Shown here in pieces: positions 23,501 through 30,520 of a stretch of 30,520 nucleotides of DNA. Below the pieces are notes generated by a model. The model made no database searches and was not told the origin of the DNA. It was given only the letters and a program-made list of their open reading frames with translations. Each line of letters opens with the position of its first letter. Positions within the stretch are counted from its first letter, which is position 1. This DNA is from Fonticula alba ATCC 38817 (lineage: Eukaryota > Protista > Nucleariida). Position numbers and translations under genes: made by a program. The DNA lies in the NCBI GenBank assembly GCA_000388065.2, contig KB932222.1, one strand, 5' to 3'.

Positions 23501-23879
23501 CCAGCGGGAGGCACATCAACTGGGCATCGGCCAGGCCCCCGGGCCGCGGGCAGGACAAACCATGGGTCAGGAGCCCGAAGAACGCCCCCCAACGGACCTC
23601 CGACGCCGCATGGAGGTCGACATTTTGCATGTGCCCCACGACCAGATCGCGGCTCGGGTGAGTGACGGCCACCGATGGCTCGCCGGGCCCGGTGACGAAG
23701 GCCGCCGGGCCCGAGGCACCCAGGGCCTCGTGGGGGGCGGCATGCAGGAAGACATCCTGCCCGCGCGCCAGGCCAAGCAGTGCCAGCAGTAGCAGCGGCA
23801 GCAGCGGCAGCAGCGCTGGCAGCGGTGAAGACAGCGGCGCCAGGGCCCGCAGTCGGCGGCCCGTGTGCTGCGCCACCAT
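17556..23879 (-). CDS. Receptor-type TKL (tyrosine-kinase-like) Ser/Thr kinase with furin-like Cys-rich ectodomain, about 2066 aa; exons 22526..23879 and 17556..22403, with a 1-nt frameshift in G12 at 22265-22276
   Basis: Signal peptide MVAQ...LLPLLLLALLGLARG|QD. Phase-1 intron 22404-22525. Furin-like repeats at about 22210-22690 and 18648-20900. TM IGLAVGLAVGLLLLLILLILLVLFLV followed by RRRKK. Kinase motifs LGCGTQA, VAIK, FQNEV, HCDLKPGN, DLG, YAAPE, SDIYAAAIMLHECLT, W..DP..RP. Confidence 0.9.
22404..22525 (-). other. Intron of the receptor kinase gene (122 nt, phase 1)
   Basis: GTATGT donor, GGCTGAC branch point, T9 tract, CCCGCAG acceptor; continues in frame as EEAPFSRPGHSCRICPQANCRTC. 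Confidence 0.9.
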
Positions 23880-23961
23880 TACCGGCGGACAGGCCAGGCG
23901 GGGGAGGGGGAGGGGGCGAAGAAAGGAGGGCGAGGAGAGGGCGCGCGCGCGTACACGAAAG

Positions 23962-23963
23962 AA

Positions 23964-24010
<47 letters not shown>
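23962..24010. repeat. (GA)n/(TC)n tract in the presumed 5' leader of the kinase gene
   Basis: About 24 GA units, 80-130 nt upstream of ATG 23879. Confidence 0.9.
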
Positions 24011-24014
<4 letters not shown>

Positions 24015-26979
24015 GAGCAAGGGGACTGGGGGAGTAGGGAGGCAACAAGGGCGAAGTGCTAGCCTGAGCGGGGCCGCCCCCGGGCTTTTTTTTTTTTTCT
24101 TGCTCCCGATCTGCGCCTGTCTCACGTACCACGAGCTTGGAAAAGAGACGGAGGGGGTGCGGGATAATAAAGGCCGCCCTGCCGGCCGGCTCCCCTCGAT
24201 AAAGCCGACGCGGACCGGGCCAGTCCCGTGGGTTTTTATTAAGAATGCGGCCGAGCGTCGGTGAGGTTAGAGCCACCGGGACTCAACCGAGGGAAGTGTG
24301 CGCGCACCCGGCGCACCGGACCCCATCCGACGGGGCAAGTCAGGGGGCGGGGTGGAGGAGGGGCGGGGGGGGGGGGGGGGGGAAAGGGGGGGGCAGCAAC
24401 ATGACCCACGTGGAGGGGGTTCGTTCGCCGATCGGGGGGCAAGCACGGCGCCAATCGTCACCCGGTGGCGGAAACTCCCTGTTCCCCGCCCGAGAGGGGG
24501 CCCGACACGGCCGCGTCGCGTCGGCTGACAAACTCGGACACCGGGCCCCGCGCGATCGGGGCCCCCTCGGGGTAAGGGAGACAATGGTGAGCACTTCGAT
24601 CGGCTACAAACATGAAAGCCCCCCAAACCGACACATTCGGAGTGGCCGCCGAGAAGCCAGGAAATCCATCGTCGGCTATGCTTTATTGGGTTTCGGGCGG
24701 CCCGTGGCTCTCAGAAGAACTGCCAAGCAAGGGGGCTCCGACACGCACCTCACACAAAAGGAGCGAGGAAATGCTCGGAGCAGGCAGCACGGGGAGGACA
24801 TTGCTCGCGGGGCTACCCGGCCGTGAGAGATTCTCAGGAGGCCCGGGGCGTCGGCCTCGCACAACAGCGGATGGAGACAACCGGTGGCAGCTGGAGGCCG
24901 GTTGGGGATCACGCGACCGTTAGCGCATGGTGATGGCGCCCCACTCCGGAACGCGATGTTCGCCACGCCAGATTCCATCTGCCCGCCCGAGGAAAACCAA
25001 CACGCGGCAAACAACAACCAACCCCACAAGTAGGTATGCCCTCGGTGTGAGACGTGTCCCGGCGCACCGGCCCCGCGACCGGGAGAGTCGCCCGCTGCTG
25101 GGGCGGCAGGGCGGCCGGTCTCGCCGTGGCCCGGTCCTTCGTGATCAGTGACTTGGCTGCCATAACCCATAACGGTGCACCTCCGCCCCACTTCCGGCCC
25201 GGCTGGGTGTTCAACGGCGCGCCCAGGGCCGATCGTGGCTCGCTGCGGTCGGTGTGCATCCGGGCTCTGGGCAATGGGCCACATGCCGAGTGAACCCAAG
25301 TATGTGGCTCGGCCTCTTTGCCCGCCGCACCGGGCCCGGCACGTCGTCGCCGAGGAGCTCGAAGGCGAGGCATGCGGGGGCTGGCAAGGGCGGGCCAGGA
25401 GACCGGGACCAATGAAGGTCCCCGCAGGCGGTCAGCGTGTCCCGTTGGTGCGCACTGACACGCCCGAGTGGGCGGTGGGGGGGAGGGCCTTCTCTCGGCC
25501 GCTGAGCGGCCCGTGTTCACATGAAGGGGCGCCCTGCAGCATGCAGCCGCCGATGCTGCAGCGGAACCCCATCCCAAGGGGGTGGAAACATCGGAGACAC
25601 GCCGCAGCGCTTCTCGCGCAACGTGTGCGTGCCTGTACCCGCACCATGCGGGCGCACCGTGCCCCATATCGGCGGCAGCATGTGCGTGGTTCTTTCCATG
25701 CTCACCCTACGCCGGGAGGAGGGGCACTTGTTCAACACAGATGGTGCACGCTCCCCGCCACCAAAGGGCGGAAGGGTTCCGGGACGCAGCCACGCCCTCG
25801 ACAGCGCTGCCTGCCTCGGAATTCGTGGGCGCACATGTGGCAGAGGATGCTCCCATCGAGATGGTATGTAGGCCCAGCAGGATGTCGGCCCGCCGCGGCC
25901 CCGCGACATGCATCCTCTTTGGCCATGGGGCAAGAAGGGGACTTTCCAGTCTCGGCTATGGTACGCCGAGAGGGCCCAGCAAAGGGGGGGGGGGAGATTT
26001 GACAAAGAATGCCGAGGGGGAGAAGAAGTGCACACCCGCGCCGGTCCTTGAAAGTGGACCGTGCGAGTCACCCCGCCATGGCCACTCGAGCGCGATGGAC
26101 ATCGCCCGGCGGGGAGACTTTCCCTCCTGCCCGAGGGTCAGCATGCGCTCCAGGCAGGCCAGGACCTCCAACATGTCGCAGGGCATCGTGAGGTCATGCA
26201 TCCCAGGCAGAGGGCTCACCTGGGTGTGGGGTCGGTCCGCTGTTCTGGCTTTTCCATGAGCCTTGTCAGATAGGTACGCCACCTTCTTTCGCATTTCGAA
26301 TCAGCCATTCCGTCGGAACACATGTTCTCCAGCCGGGAGACCCCCTCACCTCTCCCCCGACCGGATGCCCAACGACGACCGGACGACCGCTCCATTGGCA
26401 TTCGGGTTGAGTTGTGCTGCGAGATCGCTCCCAGGGGCCCCCATGACGATGGGTCCGGCATGTCTGTGCATGCACCTAGGCAATGGCTCGGTCAGCCCCG
26501 GGGCAGGCGCAGTCACTTCAATGAAAACCCGGCAACAGCCAGCAGGGGCGATCATCGCCGAGGTACCAAGCCGGCCGGGCCGCGTCCCCCAGGGGCTAGA
26601 GCCGGGCCTGCCTCCGAGGCACCATCAGCGGTCAGTCGCTTAAGCATGGACACTGGCAGGCCCGCGTGGACAAGATCATTGAGCAGAGAGGCGTCTTGAT
26701 TGGCCGGTGCCACTGCCCGGGCTCCAGGCCGGGGGGAGGACTGGCCCGGCAGGCATCAGTCCGGCACCCGAAAAAGACGCCAGGCCCCGGGGGCAGGATC
26801 AACGCCGGCTCGACAGACGGCAGGCATGTGTGTGGAGCTCCCCGGCATCGGGGACAATCTCCGCCTCCCGGGGGGGAAGGTACCAGGCTGCCAGACCCCC
26901 TTTCCCCAGGCCCCCACCATCAGCGCCTGGCGAAGGGGCGTCCGACAAAAGGCTGTTCGGCGAAGAGACTCCCAAGCGT

Positions 26980-27051
26980 GGGAAATTAGTCTAGTGGTAT
27001 GATTCTCGCTTAGGGTGCGAGAGGTCCCGGGTTCGATTCCCGGATTTCCCC
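26980..27051 (+). tRNA. tRNA-Pro: tRNA-Pro(AGG), copy 1
   Basis: Acceptor stem GGGAAAT/ATTTCCC, anticodon arm CTCGC-TTAGGGT-GCGAG, T arm CCGGG-TTCGATT-CCCGG; T5 terminator 5 nt downstream. Confidence 0.97.
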
Positions 27052-27576
27052 GGTTCTTTTTGCTCACGAAAGCAGCAACGAGCAGGCCAGCGCGCCCGAC
27101 GAGAGAGAATCGGCCCCCACCCTCTCCGGTGGAGGGGAGAGAATACGGTGCGTGAGCGCACCCCATCGATGCACCGCGTAGTAGGCCGCACTGTTGAGCC
27201 GCAGGCCCCTGTTGCCCGGATATCCAGGGGGTGGCATCCTGCCGGCTGCCCCTCCCTGTACCCCCCCTCTGTCCACAAATCGAAACATGCTTCCCCTTTT
27301 TCGCCTGGCGTGAGAGGGCCCACGCCGGGCCTGGGGCTCGGCGGCGTCCGGCGCGCAGCCACGCACACACACACACACACACACACACCCACACCCGGCA
27401 CGGAACGCGGCTGGCCGTGCTGGGTTTGGAAAGCAGCACGGAAAAACAAGAATAGTGCATATTTTTTAAAGTGGACCGGGATATCCCCCGGGGAGGACAC
27501 ACCCGCCCAGCACCAAAGAGCGACGCCAGACGGGGCTAAATAAGAGGAATGGTGAAACGCCGTGCAAAAGTAAAGT

Positions 27577-27650
27577 TGACCACGATGCGGCTCGAACACA
27601 CAACCTCCTGATCCGTAGTCAGGTGCTCTATCCAATTGAGCTACGCGGCC
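27577..27650 (-). tRNA. tRNA-Arg: tRNA-Arg(ACG)
   Basis: GGCCGCG/CGTGGTC acceptor stem, GCTC/GAGC D stem, CCTGA-CTACGGA-TCAGG anticodon arm, TTCGAGC T loop; TTTACTTTT downstream. Confidence 0.96.
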
Positions 27651-27674
27651 ATGGAGGAGGCACATCTGTACGGC

Positions 27675-27680
27675 TATTTA
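27675..27680 (-). promoter_or_regulatory. TAAATA (TATA-like) box at -30 of tRNA-Arg
   Basis: The same hexamer lies at -30 to -36 of three tRNA genes. Confidence 0.55.
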
Positions 27681-28130
27681 GCCCAGAAAAATGAGCGAGC
27701 GGGCGTCTCGACTCCATCCGCGCTCTCCCGCTCAGCCTTCGAATGGGCCGCATATTGTCCGACCCTCGCAGAGTGCCGTGACCCGGGAGGCGCCCCTTCG
27801 GGCGGGCTCAGCGTGCCGTATTCATGCCCGGCGTGAAACATGTAAACCCGCGTTCCGAGATGATTGGCGTGTGGGAGCCCCTTCGTTCGGGCGCAGCCCG
27901 GAGGAGGAGCTGACCCCGACTGACCAGTGACCGGGACTTTCCTGTCGCCATTCCCGGCCTCATCACCGACGCCGGCCTCTCCCCCGCCGGCCCGCCCGCA
28001 GAGATGGTCAGCTCCTCGGTGTGGAAGAGACCCCTTCCTGGAATGGCACAGAGTCGGAGGGAGACCCGGCCGGGCCACCGGCTGCCAAGAAAGTACCATG
28101 GCAAGAACAACGGCAGCCCGACGGAGCAAA

Positions 28131-28256
28131 GAGAGAGAGAGAGAGGGAGAGAGACGGAGAGGGAGAGAGAGAGAGAGGGAGGGAGAGAGACGGAGAGGGA
28201 GAGAGAGAGAGAGGGAGGGAGAGAGACGGAGAGGGAGAGAGAGGGAGAGAGAGGGA

Positions 28257-28309
<53 letters not shown>

Positions 28310-28318
28310 GGAGAGAGA
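28131..28318. repeat. Near-pure purine (GA-rich) compound repeat with a ~36-nt higher-order unit x3
   Basis: (GA)n interrupted by GACGGAGAGG and GGGA; lies between tRNA-Arg and tRNA-Asp. Confidence 0.92.
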
Positions 28319-28584
28319 GCAACCCCACAGTACGAGCCCCGCTACGCGGTCCCCCCACACCGCGGAGGCACACAATCAGGAGCGCGCCCTTCGACGTGCA
28401 AGGCGCCGGCTCGCCCATGGGAGCCAGGAAAGGTCTCACGAAGGTGACCCGGCGCGAGTCCAATGTCCATGCTTCTCTTCTGGCCAGGCCGCGGGCTGAG
28501 GCCCTTTTGATCGGGCGGCCCCCTGAGATGGATCCCGGAGGCGTGGCCCGCCTCATGCGCGGGAACCAAAAAGGACCAAAAATG

Positions 28585-28656
28585 CTCCCGATCCGGGAAT
28601 TGAACCCGGGCCTCCCGCGTGACAGGCGGGGATTCTCACCACTATACTAATCGGGA
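28585..28656 (-). tRNA. tRNA-Asp: tRNA-Asp(GTC)
   Basis: TCCCGAT/ATCGGGA acceptor stem, CCCGC-CTGTCAC-GCGGG anticodon arm, CCGGG-TTCAATT-CCCGG T arm; two T5 terminators downstream. Confidence 0.97.
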
Positions 28657-28686
28657 TGGGGGATAAATGACCCAACACCATCTAGG

Positions 28687-28692
28687 TATTTA
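28687..28692 (-). promoter_or_regulatory. TAAATA box at -36 of tRNA-Asp
   Basis: GCTAAATACCT; TAAATACCT is shared with the tRNA-Pro copy 2 upstream region. Confidence 0.55.
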
Positions 28693-30014
28693 GCACACTC
28701 CCAAGACTCTGCCGTAATACGTGGCGCTTCCTGCCAGCCACCAGTGCCCCGCAACAGGGGGAAAGGTCCCAGCGGCCGGGAGACTCTTCGGACCGCTTTT
28801 CCTCCAAAGACACCGCATATCCGACCGATGCACCTTCCGACCTCCCAGCACAGGCAGTCCCAATCCAGCTGCCTGTCCTGGGGCAGGCGGGTCCAGCCCC
28901 GGGCTCTTGGCCGGCGTGTGTCTTGCACCAGGCGAAGCCAGTGTCTCGGAAAATCGACGAGTAGCCCCGTCCTTTGCCCGAAAAGTCTCCCGGCCGCTTT
29001 GTCCATTCTCCCCTGACACTGACCGACACCTCTCTCTCTCTCGGTATCTCTTCCCTACACTGGCCCACGAGGGTGAGCTGCTTCAAGGATGCACATGCAC
29101 AGGGGATGTTTCTCCCCGCCGCGAGGCCGACCTCACTCTCGCCGACCGGAAGTCCTCCAGCTCCGGCCATGCACCTGGCTGGGTGCCTTGAGGGAGTCTT
29201 CGGCTGGAGCCGACTCGTGAGGCGGCCTTTCGGTCGGTGAACCAAAGACCACCCACTCGCAGAAGGCACCTCCCGGGATGTGCAAAGCACCAGCAAACCA
29301 TGTTCCACTGGTGGCCGAGTCCCGCCCGGCTCCGGCTCCCCAGCCAGATCATGTCGCTTCTTTCCCGAGGTCGGCCCCGGGCCGCACATCCATCGAGGAA
29401 TGAGATGGCCCCGCACGGGGCGCTTGTTCCCCGAGCCGCAACCGAGCCCCATGTTCGCCTTTTGATCATGTCCTTCCGGAGGCCACGCCGGTCCTTGTAG
29501 GCACATCAGCCAGGGCTCATGGTGCCGAGGACCTCCGAACGGCCGAGGGCAACAGGGGCCCCGTTCGTCATGATCCGCGCTTGCACAGTCAAAATGCCCT
29601 CCCACAGCGGCAGCGCGTGGCTGGCCTGTCACGTATGCGCGGACACGACCATCATCCGGACCGGCTAGACCAAGGGCCCAGATGCGGCCGATGGCGCAGC
29701 CAAAGACCCCCGATGGACTGGGGGGGGCCCTTGTCGGTGGCATTCACCACCATTCGGGCACCGCGACGATCGACCACCGGCTCGGCCAGACGGTCCCAAC
29801 GATGATCCCGCCAGCGGCAATGTCGGGAGGTCCCCCAAGAATCCACGCATCCTCATCCGACCTCACATGGGGGATGCCAAATCGGTGTCCGTCCCTGAGG
29901 CCGACCGGTCGCCCCGCATGTGTCACCGGGAAACACCGACCCAGGCGTGCAGATAGGCTTCCGGAAGGGGGCAAAGGGGGACTTCGGGCCTCGCGGACGA
30001 TGCCCTCGCACAGA

Positions 30015-30020
30015 TAAATA
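30015..30020 (+). promoter_or_regulatory. TAAATA box at -31 of tRNA-Pro copy 2
   Basis: GATAAATACCT upstream of the tRNA. Confidence 0.55.
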
Positions 30021-30045
30021 CCTCGAGCGATGCTACTCACCCATC

Positions 30046-30117
30046 GGGAAATTAGTCTAGTGGTATGATTCTCGCTTAGGGTGCGAGAGGTCCCGGGTTC
30101 GATTCCCGGATTTCCCC
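30046..30117 (+). tRNA. tRNA-Pro: tRNA-Pro(AGG), copy 2
   Basis: Identical 72 nt to copy 1; followed by a T5 terminator (GATATATTTTT). Confidence 0.97.
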
Positions 30118-30520
30118 GATATATTTTTGGCCCGCCGCCTGCGCCACTCTTTTGGCATGCCCGCGTCAAGAAAGGTTTCTCCTCCTTGTTTTGTCGCCTG
30201 CGACACGGGGACCGTCGGAGACTCGCGCCACGCACCTGCCTCGTGCTCGCTTTTCCTCGCCCTCCTCCGTCCCCGCCAAATCAGCGCACGCCTTCGACGC
30301 GATCAAACGCCCAGGACACCTCCCTCCCTCCAAAGGAAGATGTGAATGTCGATTCCCATAGAGACGACCCGCCCCACCCCATTTCCCCCTTCCGTCCTCA
30401 TGTGTCCCCTCCCCTTGCCTTCCCCCCAGGAGCACGGCACCTTGAATGACCCTCATTCTCCCGACCGAAACGGTGACTCCCCGCTCCCCTGTCCTGTCTC
30501 CGTGCGTACCCCCCCCCCCC

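Noticed and set aside
28021-28650. ORFs with RERERDGE repeats
   Set aside because: Translation of a GA microsatellite; the ORFs run into the tRNA-Asp region.
29030-29191. AHEGELL and SGHAPG resembling orphan-gene peptides AHEDKLL and SGHAPG
   Set aside because: The two matches are in the opposite order from the gene, so they are not colinear; likely chance.
1-30520. Transposon, integrase, reverse transcriptase or rRNA sequences
   Set aside because: I recognised no such motifs in the sequence or in the ORF track.

Overview
This is GC-rich eukaryotic genomic DNA with GT-AG introns, (CA)n/(GA)n microsatellites, poly-C/G runs and two N-gaps. The donor sites (GTGCGT) and the gene family style suggest the sorocarpic amoeba Fonticula alba or a similar protist; this is an inference. 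Reading by hand gives: (1) a 4-exon minus-strand type-I membrane protein of about 1078 aa with a signal peptide, Ser/Gly/Tyr repeats, many furin-like CxxC repeats and a very short tail; (2) an 8-exon plus-strand orphan gene of about 880 aa; (3) a frameshifted, colinear relic of exon 1 of the neighbouring kinase at about 14.4-15.8 kb; (4) a receptor TKL kinase of about 2066 aa with a beta-rich/Cys-rich/beta-rich/Cys-rich ectodomain, a non-RD catalytic loop (HCDLKPGN) and a frameshift in a G12 run; and (5) four tRNA genes (Pro-AGG x2, Arg-ACG, Asp-GTC), three of which have an upstream TAAATA box. The most promising lead is a possible diversifying surface-receptor system: exchangeable 'head' exons joined through phase-1 introns to Cys-rich stalks, a non-RD kinase, a kinase-less relative and a decayed head cassette. 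All gene models and alignments were made by eye.
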